From contig REDA01000045.1 of assembly GCA_007693745.1 (NCBI GenBank), forward strand, positions 85,086 through 117,085: 32,000 nucleotides of DNA. Reading direction: 5' to 3'. The notes under the pieces were generated by a model. It was not told where the DNA came from and ran no database searches. It worked only from the letters and a program-made list of their open reading frames with translations. The translations under genes and the position numbers were made by a program. This DNA comes from Balneolaceae bacterium. Lineage in GTDB: Bacteria > Bacteroidota > Rhodothermia > Balneolales > Balneolaceae. Position 1 is the stretch's first letter. Each line of letters begins with the position of its first letter. Shown in pieces: positions 24,746-31,837 of the stretch.

Positions 24746-25243
24746 ATGGAAGAGAAAAAAAAGCAGGAAACGGGTATGGATGAAGTCATTGAGTCTTCAT
24801 CGAAAGTATCAAATTTTCTTCCCTATGGAAAATATTTCCTGATCGCAATGGCTGTTATCATACAGGTGTTGCTGGCTTACACTGTTGTGGATAAGAATTA
24901 CCACCGGATCTATTCAGCACTTGAAAGCAGCCGTATCCCGGATCCTTTTATCTATCCCATAAATGATCTGATCGTAAATCCGGCCAATTCCAATGGCAAA
25001 AGATATCTTGTGGTGGAGTTAAGCCTTGAATTGAGGTCGCAAGAGTGTGCTCTGCTTGTGGAAAGGAATATTCAGAAACTTAGACATAATCTCAATGAGA
25101 CACTCGCGTCCCGTACTGTGGAGCAGCTTGTACAGTTTCGGGAGAGAGAACTGCTCAGGAGTGAGCTTGCCATCGTTACGAATCGCACAATCGGCGAAAA
25201 TTCGGTACAAAATTTGTATTTCACTAAATACGTAATGCAATAG
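24746..25243 (+). CDS. fliL: Flagellar basal body-associated protein FliL
   Basis: Single TM (FLIAMAVIIQVLLAYTVV), then the DLIVNPANSNGKRYLVVELSLEL pattern typical of FliL. Position is motB-fliL-fliM. Confidence 0.88.
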   Translation: MEEKKKQETGMDEVIESSSKVSNFLPYGKYFLIAMAVIIQVLLAYTVVDKNYHRIYSALESSRIPDPFIYPINDLIVNPANSNGKRYLVVELSLELRSQECALLVERNIQKLRHNLNETLASRTVEQLVQFRERELLRSELAIVTNRTIGENSVQNLYFTKYVMQ

Positions 25244-25265
25244 TAACGAATTCCAATGATCACTC

Positions 25266-26201
25266 ATGTCTTCAAAAAACGTAAAAGGGAGTGGCAGAAA
25301 GCGTAAGCGTGTAACAGGCTACGATTTTAAGCAGCCCAAGCTCTTCAGTAAGGAGATTATGCGTACCCTGCGCTCCATGCATGATGTGCTCGCAAGAAGC
25401 CTTGCAAGGGTCTTGGGAAACGCTTTACGCAAGAAAGTGGATGTCTATGTTCAGAAGATAGAACAGGTTTCCGCAAGTGAGTTCCTTCTGGGTGTGGAGA
25501 ATCCATCGGTGATCTTTATGATGAATGAAGAGAAGCTGACCGATGATCTGATCTTTGTAATGCCGACCGGTTTTTGTATTCATATGATCGAAAAACAGAG
25601 CGGTGGACGGGGTGATAATATCTCTGAAAAACGGCCGCTCACCACAATTGAGGAGAAGATCGTCAACCGGATCATGGGCGGGATCAATAAGGAGATCGTG
25701 GCAGCCTGGGAGCCCTATGAGGAGTTTCGTATTCTGGGTACACATTACGAGAGTAAACCCGAAAATGTGCACCTTTCATCCGCCGATCCGATGCTGATTA
25801 TCCATCTGAAAGTGGATATGGGAGAAAAGCATACCATTCTGAAAATTTCCTATTCCTATTCGCTGTTAAAGCAGGCGATGAGCAGCTCACTGATGAAAAA
25901 AAGCAGCCGCTTTATGGCAGAGAAACTTACTGATGATGAAAAGAGGGCGTATCAGCTCACCCTCAGCGCTGCCGGAATGCGCATCCAGCCCCTGCTGGGC
26001 TCGTGCACCCTTACTGTGGACGAGATCATTAATCTCAAAGAGGGAGATACAATCTCACTGGATCAGCGAACCGATCAACCGTTGCAGGTGCATGTAAACG
26101 GGGTGAAAAAAATGACCGGATATCCGGGACTTATCCGGGGACGGAGAGCGGTGAAGGTGTATGAAATTGATGAAGAAATTAATGAACAAGAACTGATATA
26201 A
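25266..26201 (+). CDS. fliM: Flagellar motor switch protein FliM (N-terminally short; no CheY-binding peptide)
   Basis: YDFKQPKLFSKEIMRTLRSMHDVLARSLARVL aligns with B. subtilis FliM YDFKRALRFSKDQIRSLTRIHDNFARLL. Also LT.IEEKI(V)NRI and a C-terminal SpoA-like region (TVDEIINLKEGDTISLDQ). An in-frame TGA at 25257 rules out a longer N-terminus. Confidence 0.93.
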   Translation: MSSKNVKGSGRKRKRVTGYDFKQPKLFSKEIMRTLRSMHDVLARSLARVLGNALRKKVDVYVQKIEQVSASEFLLGVENPSVIFMMNEEKLTDDLIFVMPTGFCIHMIEKQSGGRGDNISEKRPLTTIEEKIVNRIMGGINKEIVAAWEPYEEFRILGTHYESKPENVHLSSADPMLIIHLKVDMGEKHTILKISYSYSLLKQAMSSSLMKKSSRFMAEKLTDDEKRAYQLTLSAAGMRIQPLLGSCTLTVDEIINLKEGDTISLDQRTDQPLQVHVNGVKKMTGYPGLIRGRRAVKVYEIDEEINEQELI

Positions 26202-26203
26202 TC

Positions 26204-27190
26204 ATGGAAAACTGGAAAGAGAAGATTCAGGGCTTTGTGCCCGTCATTGAAGAGTTTTTAACCTCACAGCTCTTGGAGGAAACCACCATTATCTCCGGCG
26301 AACCTGAAACAGCCGGGTCAGAAACCCTTCTGGAAAACCTAAACAAAAATGATGTCTTTATCTGCGCTGTGGAAGAGATCTCCGGCAGGGATGTGATGAT
26401 CTATCTCGATGAGGAGTGGTATGGCCTCCTGTCGAGTATCATGCTTGGGGTGGAGGAGAAGAAATTCAATGAGATTACCAGCGATCTGATCCGGAAATTT
26501 ACGAGTGACCTGATCAAGGCACTGGAACCGGCGCTGAAGGATAAGGGCATTGAGTTATCCCTGGCCTCGATTGAGGTGGTAACCAAAAGTCAGCTGCAGA
26601 AACAGTTTCATCATACAGAGTATGACCTGATCAGACTGGAGGTGAAGGGTCTTGCAGATGATAATGTGAAGGCGGGTTTGCTGTTTGGTAATCCTGAGGC
26701 TCTGATACAGCCGGAAGAGCCTGAACCGGAAGCGGAAGAGATTGCTGAGACCTCAGCCAAAGGGGCACCGGCCGGGGAAGAGGAGTTCCGGGAAGAGGCA
26801 ATGGACAGCGAATGGCTTGAGGAAGAGGGGGAGGAGGGAGAGTATCTGGATCAGGTAGTCTCGGCAAAACATGTGGAATTTGATGAGTTCAAGGACGACG
26901 ACTCCTTCTATACCAACGGCAACGGTGATACAAGAAGCATGGAACTGCTGAAGGATGTGAAGATGGATGTATCGGTTGAGCTTGGCAGGATTGAACTCCC
27001 TCTCGGGAAAGTGCTTCAGCTGGCCAAGGGCTCGGTTATCGAGCTGGAGAAGCTTGCCGGTGAACCGGTCGACATCCTCGTCAACGGACTTTGCATTGCA
27101 AAAGGGGAGGTTGTGGTAATCGATGAGCATTTTGGTGTTCGGATCTCCAGCCTGGTTTCAACCAAACAGCGAATGGCAGGAATAAGCTGA
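26204..27190 (+). CDS. fliN: Flagellar motor switch protein FliN with a long N-terminal extension (FliY-like, degenerate CheC-like region)
   Basis: The C-terminus, DVSVELGRIELPLGKVLQLAKGSVIELEKLAGEPVDILVNGLCIAKGEVVVIDEHFGVRISSLVS, is near-identical in pattern to the FliN/FliY SpoA domain. About 240 aa precede it, including IMLGVEE..FNEITSDLIRKFTSDLIKAL and a very acidic linker (PEEPEPEAEE...EEEGEEGE). Confidence 0.9.
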   Translation: MENWKEKIQGFVPVIEEFLTSQLLEETTIISGEPETAGSETLLENLNKNDVFICAVEEISGRDVMIYLDEEWYGLLSSIMLGVEEKKFNEITSDLIRKFTSDLIKALEPALKDKGIELSLASIEVVTKSQLQKQFHHTEYDLIRLEVKGLADDNVKAGLLFGNPEALIQPEEPEPEAEEIAETSAKGAPAGEEEFREEAMDSEWLEEEGEEGEYLDQVVSAKHVEFDEFKDDDSFYTNGNGDTRSMELLKDVKMDVSVELGRIELPLGKVLQLAKGSVIELEKLAGEPVDILVNGLCIAKGEVVVIDEHFGVRISSLVSTKQRMAGIS

Positions 27191-27768
27191 TGGATCTGAG
27201 GCAGCTCCTTTCCTCCTCAACGGTGAGTCCGCGGAGTGTACTGAAAATTGTCATTTCCATATCCGTGGTATTGCTGGTGATGTGGCTGTTTATGGTATCG
27301 AGGATGCAGCTTGATAATCAGCGCAGTGCAGACAGAGCCATCGACAGAATTGAGAGAAGCGACACGCTACGGGTAGCATTCCGGGGTGAAAGCAGACCTT
27401 CAGAGCGCCCTGACCTGGCCGAAAGTGAGCAGAAGCCCAACATCTTTTTCAATGCGGTGACCACTTTTTTTGTACTGCTCTCCATTCTCGCGATCGTATG
27501 GGTCTGGATCAGAAAAAAGGGAACCGTACAGAGTACGGATAAACAGGGGTTGGTGATCAGGGAACAGTCACTTGGACAGGGAGCAATGATCAGGATCATT
27601 GAATTGAATGAGGAGATCTGGGTTCTCGGGGTTACCGCTTCCAATGTGAACCTGCTTCACCGATACAGCAGAGAGCAGTGGAAGGAGAGAGACCGCAGCA
27701 GTACTTCGGAGAGAGTAGATGAAAACAGCTTTCTTGATTTTTTTAAAAAGCAGAACAGAGAGAACTGA
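27190..27768 (+). CDS. fliO: Flagellar biosynthesis protein FliO/FliZ (extended N-terminus)
   Basis: Occupies the fliN-to-fliP slot. TM FFVLLSILAIVWVWI, followed by L.....MIRIIELNEEIWVLGVTASNVNLL (FliO domain pattern). An additional N-terminal TM (ISISVVLLVMWLFMV) is present. The start overlaps the fliN stop (TGATG). Confidence 0.8.
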   Translation: MDLRQLLSSSTVSPRSVLKIVISISVVLLVMWLFMVSRMQLDNQRSADRAIDRIERSDTLRVAFRGESRPSERPDLAESEQKPNIFFNAVTTFFVLLSILAIVWVWIRKKGTVQSTDKQGLVIREQSLGQGAMIRIIELNEEIWVLGVTASNVNLLHRYSREQWKERDRSSTSERVDENSFLDFFKKQNREN

Positions 27769-27771
27769 GCT

Positions 27772-28560
27772 ATGAGTTACATGAAAAAACGATTCATTTC
27801 TGTGATTTTGGGATCAGTGGTGCTGTTGCTTCTGCCCATGGCAGGTATGGCATACTCCCTGCCCTATTCAGCTGTTCCGGTAGTGGCACAGGTTCTGCCG
27901 CAGATCGACCTCTCTATAGGTGGTGAAGCCGAAGATTTTTCCCTGGCGATTCAGGCTCTGATTCTGATTACCATTCTGACGTTTGGCCCTGCCATGATTA
28001 CCATGATGACCAGCTTTACGCGCATCATCGTAGTTTTCTTCTTTCTGAGAATGGGTCTTGGCACGCAGCAGTCACCGCCTAATCAGGTACTGATCGGGCT
28101 TGCGCTCTTTATGACGATTTTTATCATGATGCCTGTATTCAATCAGATCAATGAGCAGGCCATTCAACCCTATATGAATGAGGAGATGACCCAGGCGGAA
28201 GCACTTACCACAGCAGCCGTACCGCTGAAGGAGTTTATGGTAAGGCAAACCCGTGACCAGGATCTGCTCTTTTTTATGGATATGGCGGAGATCAATACGG
28301 TCGGTTCAATTGCCGAACTCCCCCTCTTTGTAGTGGTGCCTTCATACATCATGAGTGAACTCAGAATCGCATTTCAGATCGGTTTCATGATCTATCTGCC
28401 GTTCATGGTGATCGATCTGGTGGTGGCTTCGATATTGCTGGCTATGGGGATTATTTTTCTGCCACCGGTTTTAGTATCCCTGCCATTTAAAATACTGGTG
28501 TTTGTACTGACTGACGGCTGGTATCTGCTTGTACAGTCTATGGTGAGAAGTTTTAATTAA
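27772..28560 (+). CDS. fliP: Flagellar type III export gate protein FliP
   Basis: Signal peptide, then ILTF.PA.(I)TMMTSFTRI(I)VV..FLR.(G)LGTQQ.PPNQVLIGLALF(M)T.FIM.PV and AF.IGF(M)IYLPF(M)VIDLVVAS(I)L(L)(A)MG(I). Confidence 0.97.
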   Translation: MSYMKKRFISVILGSVVLLLLPMAGMAYSLPYSAVPVVAQVLPQIDLSIGGEAEDFSLAIQALILITILTFGPAMITMMTSFTRIIVVFFFLRMGLGTQQSPPNQVLIGLALFMTIFIMMPVFNQINEQAIQPYMNEEMTQAEALTTAAVPLKEFMVRQTRDQDLLFFMDMAEINTVGSIAELPLFVVVPSYIMSELRIAFQIGFMIYLPFMVIDLVVASILLAMGIIFLPPVLVSLPFKILVFVLTDGWYLLVQSMVRSFN

Positions 28561-28574
28561 CCGATGAGGAGACT

Positions 28575-28844
28575 ATGAATCTGGAAACGGGTATTTACTG
28601 GCTTCAGGAGATGCTGATGGCCATTGTGGTGCTTTCAGCCCCTGTTCTGGCAGGAGCCCTGGTGATCGGGCTGATGATCGCCATATTTCAGGCGGCGACC
28701 TCTATACAGGAAATGACTCTCAGCTATGTACCCAAGATGGTTGTTGTTGTGATTATCCTCTTTTTTTCATTCAGTTTTATGCTTCAGTTCGCCATCGATT
28801 TTATGTTTCGGATTTTTGAATTTGTGCCGGAAATCAGCAATTAG
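28575..28844 (+). CDS. fliQ: Flagellar type III export gate protein FliQ
   Basis: 89 aa, two TM segments. P(V)L...L(V)IGL(M)IAIFQA.TSIQE(M)TLS(Y)VPK is the FliQ signature. SD GAGGAG upstream. Confidence 0.96.
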   Translation: MNLETGIYWLQEMLMAIVVLSAPVLAGALVIGLMIAIFQAATSIQEMTLSYVPKMVVVVIILFFSFSFMLQFAIDFMFRIFEFVPEISN

Positions 28845-28887
28845 CCGATTCCGGAATCTGAACCGGCATGTGTAAAGGAGGATTGCA

Positions 28888-29670
28888 ATGGAGATCTTAT
28901 CAGTAGAATACATGCTCGCAACCTTTCTTATTTTCGTGAGAGTGAGCAGCCTGATCATGACCGCCCCCTATTTTAGTTCAGCAGCATTTCCGGCACAGGT
29001 TAAGATCTTTTTCGCCCTCATCACCAGTATTCTGCTTTTTCCGGTGATACCCTCAGAAAACCTCATCATCCCCACAGATGCCGGATTTCTGTTTATCGGC
29101 ACAACCATACTGATCGAGGCACTGATCGGTATCAGTTTCGGGCTCGTTGGGCAGCTGGTATTTGCCGGACTGGAGATGGCCGGCCGGCTTATCAGCCTTA
29201 AGATTGTGCTCGGCTTCGCAAGTGTGGTAGACACGATGACACAACAGCAGAGCACGGCCATCAGCAGCCTCTTCAGTATGCTTGCCGTACTTGTATTTCT
29301 GGCCATAGACGGCGACAAGATCTATCTGAGTGCGCTTGCTCAGAGCTTTGAAGTGCTGCCGCTCAGCCAGGCAAATGTTCATCTGGTAGGGCCATATATG
29401 GTGGATATCGCCGTCTATATTTTCCTGATTGCAGTACAGATATCCGCACCCTTCATTATTGTGCTTTTTCTGCTCGATCTGGCTCTTGCCATCTTTGCCA
29501 GAATCATGCCGCAGGCAAATATTATGTTTATTGCTCTGCCTATTAAACTGGGCGTCGGTTTTATTCTGCTCTACTTTGTTGCCCCTTACCTTCCAACAGC
29601 GTTTACAATGATGCTTCAACAACTCTTTGACTATCTCCAAAACATGATGGAAATTCTTATGGTGCAATAG
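28888..29670 (+). CDS. fliR: Flagellar type III export gate protein FliR
   Basis: 260-aa polytopic membrane protein. FLIFVRVSSLIMTAP.F and E.LIG(I).FG......FA....AG.(L)(I) are FliR-type motifs. SD AGGAGG upstream. Confidence 0.94.
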   Translation: MEILSVEYMLATFLIFVRVSSLIMTAPYFSSAAFPAQVKIFFALITSILLFPVIPSENLIIPTDAGFLFIGTTILIEALIGISFGLVGQLVFAGLEMAGRLISLKIVLGFASVVDTMTQQQSTAISSLFSMLAVLVFLAIDGDKIYLSALAQSFEVLPLSQANVHLVGPYMVDIAVYIFLIAVQISAPFIIVLFLLDLALAIFARIMPQANIMFIALPIKLGVGFILLYFVAPYLPTAFTMMLQQLFDYLQNMMEILMVQ

Positions 29671-29682
29671 CAGGGCGGGCGG

Positions 29683-29946
29683 TCAGATGGTCAGGTCGAT
29701 GTAATTTCCGACGCCATCTTTAACGGATCGTTTTTTTTCAACTGGCGAAGGCTCTACTTTTACGAGTGCGGTTACAGGCGGCTTTTTCTTGAAACCATCT
29801 TTTTGTTCCAGTGAAAAATAGGAGTCCTCTTCAGAATCAGATTCCTGCTTCTGCTGTTTCGACTCTTTATCTCTCTCTGCCTCCCTCTTCTTGTTCAGCA
29901 GGTGAGGAATTTTATTGAGCCTGTTAATTTTGTTGATTGAGTCCAT
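29683..29946 (-). CDS. Small K/E/S-rich, probably disordered protein (87 aa) downstream of fliA; function unknown
   Basis: ORF with an ATG start, no TM segment and a highly charged composition (KKREAERDKESKQQKQESDSEED). It is preceded by a sigma-28-like promoter overlapping the fliA stop, and its stop is 12 bp from the convergent fliR stop. Confidence 0.5.
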   Translation of the reverse strand: MDSINKINRLNKIPHLLNKKREAERDKESKQQKQESDSEEDSYFSLEQKDGFKKKPPVTALVKVEPSPVEKKRSVKDGVGNYIDLTI

Positions 29947-30033
29947 GAAAGTGCGTTATACATGCGATTTCTGCATCCCGCATGTGATGTAACTACTTTT
30001 TTAGTGCATCATACCACCCTGCATATACCTTTC

Positions 30034-30061
30034 TTATCGTTACTGATGTATCTCTTCTTTA
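30034..30061 (-). promoter_or_regulatory. Sigma-28-like promoter (minus strand) overlapping the 3' end of fliA, reading into orf87
   Basis: The minus strand reads atTAAAgaagagatacatcagtAACGATAAg, i.e. TAAA-N16-AACGATAA versus the consensus TAAA-N15-GCCGATAA. It shares the ACGATAA core with the motA promoter candidate. Confidence 0.4.
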
Positions 30062-30798
30062 ATTAATTGCGCTTTTAACTGAATTAAAAGCTTGCCAACA
30101 ATCTGAGAAATGCGAGCTTCGGAGAGATCCAGCAGGAGCGCTACTTCACTCATTGTGAGATCTTCATAGTAGTAGAGAGTCAGAATCAGCCGTTCTCTCT
30201 CATTCAGTTCTCCGATTTTCTTCTTGAGCGTTTCTGCGATCTCCTTGCGTTCCATGTTCTGATCCGGACTGCTGCTTTCAGGGTCGGCCTGGATGTCGTA
30301 GAATGAGCGGGCGTCATCACCAAATGTATTGTCGAGTGAGAGGGCATTTCGCTGCTGAACGTTGGACAGAAGCTGATGATAATCGCCCAGGGGCATATTC
30401 AGTGCCTTTGCAATCTCTTCATCGCTGGGTTCCCGCCCCATCTCCTGCGACAGCCGGTCGCGTGTGCCCTGTACCTCTCCGTACGATTTCCGCTGCTTTC
30501 TGGGCAAACTGTCCACTTTTCTGAGATAATCGATTACACTTCCCCGGATCCGATAGTAGGCGTACGTATTGAACTGAATATTTTTCTCCGGTTCATAGGT
30601 ATCCAGCGCCTGTATCAGGCCGGTGATGCCCGCACTCTCCAGGTCCTCTCTCTGGGAGAGAGGCTTGTTGGGTCTGTTGATCTTACCGATAATGCTGCGA
30701 ATGAGAGGCATCGATTTGCTTATAATCGAATTTCTCAATACATCCGCAGGACTATTGCAGTACGATTCAACCAGTTCCTGTAGAGTAAGATTACACAT
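30040..30798 (-). CDS. fliA: Flagellar RNA polymerase sigma factor FliA (sigma-28, FliA/WhiG family)
   Basis: Region 2 (DLESAGITGLIQALDTYEPEKNIQFNTYAYYRIRGSVIDYLR), region 3, and region 4.2 HTH (LILTLYYYEDLTMSEVALLLDLSEARISQI). Position is downstream of flhF-flhG. Confidence 0.93.
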   Translation of the reverse strand: MCNLTLQELVESYCNSPADVLRNSIISKSMPLIRSIIGKINRPNKPLSQREDLESAGITGLIQALDTYEPEKNIQFNTYAYYRIRGSVIDYLRKVDSLPRKQRKSYGEVQGTRDRLSQEMGREPSDEEIAKALNMPLGDYHQLLSNVQQRNALSLDNTFGDDARSFYDIQADPESSSPDQNMERKEIAETLKKKIGELNERERLILTLYYYEDLTMSEVALLLDLSEARISQIVGKLLIQLKAQLIKEEIHQ

Positions 30799-30800
30799 AC

Positions 30801-31025
30801 TCAGTGGCTTACCTCATTTTGTTTTTTTTTCGCATCCGATGCAGGCCGGGTACTCTGGGGATTCTCTCTGATAACATTAAGAAAAAAAATGGTAAGATAT
30901 ACAACCCCAAACAGAACCATAAAAATGAGTACACTTCTGTAGAGTGCAGTTTCAGTACTCATCCCTGCAATCATCAGAAGCAAAAAATTGATGAGTGATA
31001 TAATTGTAATAAGTCTGAGCAGCAT
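30801..31025 (-). CDS. Small two-TM membrane protein (74 aa) between flhG and fliA; function unknown
   Basis: ATG (31025) lies 4 nt after the flhG stop, and the TGA stop (30801-03) lies 2 nt before the fliA ATG. Two hydrophobic helices (LLRLITIISLINFLLLMIAGM, VLIFMVLFGVVYLTIFFLNVI) precede a basic tail. The longer ORF-track start (31088) would overlap flhG by 59 nt. Confidence 0.55.
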   Translation of the reverse strand: MLLRLITIISLINFLLLMIAGMSTETALYRSVLIFMVLFGVVYLTIFFLNVIRENPQSTRPASDAKKKQNEVSH

Positions 31026-31029
31026 AGCT

Positions 31030-31833
31030 TTATAGTTGATTAATCGAGTTGGCAAACTGCTGCTGAATAGCCCGCGCATCAGCAACAATGTTCTGTGTAA
31101 TAAAGGTAAAATCTGTTGTCAGTTCCCTGCTGTCATCGTAACTGAAGATACTTCGCTGGTCCGAAAGAGCCTTTCGGATTTTTCCACTGAAGGGAATAAA
31201 TCCCAGGTAGCGAATCTCTTTTTTGAGAAAATAATCCAGGATGTGGTTAAATCGCAGATAAGTACTCTCTGCTGTGGTATCGCTCTCGGCAAAATTAACG
31301 ATCGCGGCAAAACGAAATGTCGGATCCATGCTGTAAACATATTTGCAGAGCCTGTACACATCGGAAATTGCGGCAGGTTCATCGACAAGCAGCAGTACAC
31401 CGGTATCGGCCCTGTCGAGTGCCCAGAGAGTGATTTCACCGGCACCTGCCGGGGTGTCGATAACAATAAAATCGTGCTTTTCCATCAGATTCAGCACCAC
31501 CTGATCCAGTGCATTCATCAGAGTATTGGAGTCCACTGACATCGCCCCGGGATCACTGGATGCGGTTACCAGTGTAACTGAACCGACAGTCTGACTCAGG
31601 TCATCCAGAAGGCAGTCGCCTGCAATCCAGTCCGTGACTGTGTATCCGGTCGATTCATTCATCATGGTGGCACAGTTGGAGAGACCAACATCGGCATCCA
31701 GCAGAGCGGTTTTATACCCAATGGCACCCAGCATCTCCGCCAGATGGGTACTTGCCATACTTTTACCGACACCGCCTTTTCCGCTGGTGACAGTGAATAT
31801 ATAGGGTTGATCCAGATTTACTTTTTCTCTCAT
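31030..31833 (-). CDS. flhG: MinD/ParA-type flagellar number/placement ATPase FlhG (YlxH/FleN)
   Basis: Deviant Walker A SGKGGVGKS, LLDADVGLSN, and IVIDTPAG (Walker B region). Position is between flhF and fliA. ATG 31833 (4 nt after the flhF stop) is preferred over TTG 31890. Confidence 0.9.
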   Translation of the reverse strand: MREKVNLDQPYIFTVTSGKGGVGKSMASTHLAEMLGAIGYKTALLDADVGLSNCATMMNESTGYTVTDWIAGDCLLDDLSQTVGSVTLVTASSDPGAMSVDSNTLMNALDQVVLNLMEKHDFIVIDTPAGAGEITLWALDRADTGVLLLVDEPAAISDVYRLCKYVYSMDPTFRFAAIVNFAESDTTAESTYLRFNHILDYFLKKEIRYLGFIPFSGKIRKALSDQRSIFSYDDSRELTTDFTFITQNIVADARAIQQQFANSINQL

Positions 31834-31837
31834 GGCT

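Noticed and set aside
30823-30831. A T9 (A9 on the coding strand) homopolymer near the end of orf74, just upstream of fliA, plus A8 runs at 13868-13875 (fliG) and 2158-2165, considered as possible slipped-strand phase-variation switches.
   Set aside because: All are simply consecutive Lys (AAA) codons, occur at similar length in unrelated genes of the window, and are short for A/T-tract phase variation. There is no evidence of variability from a single sequence.
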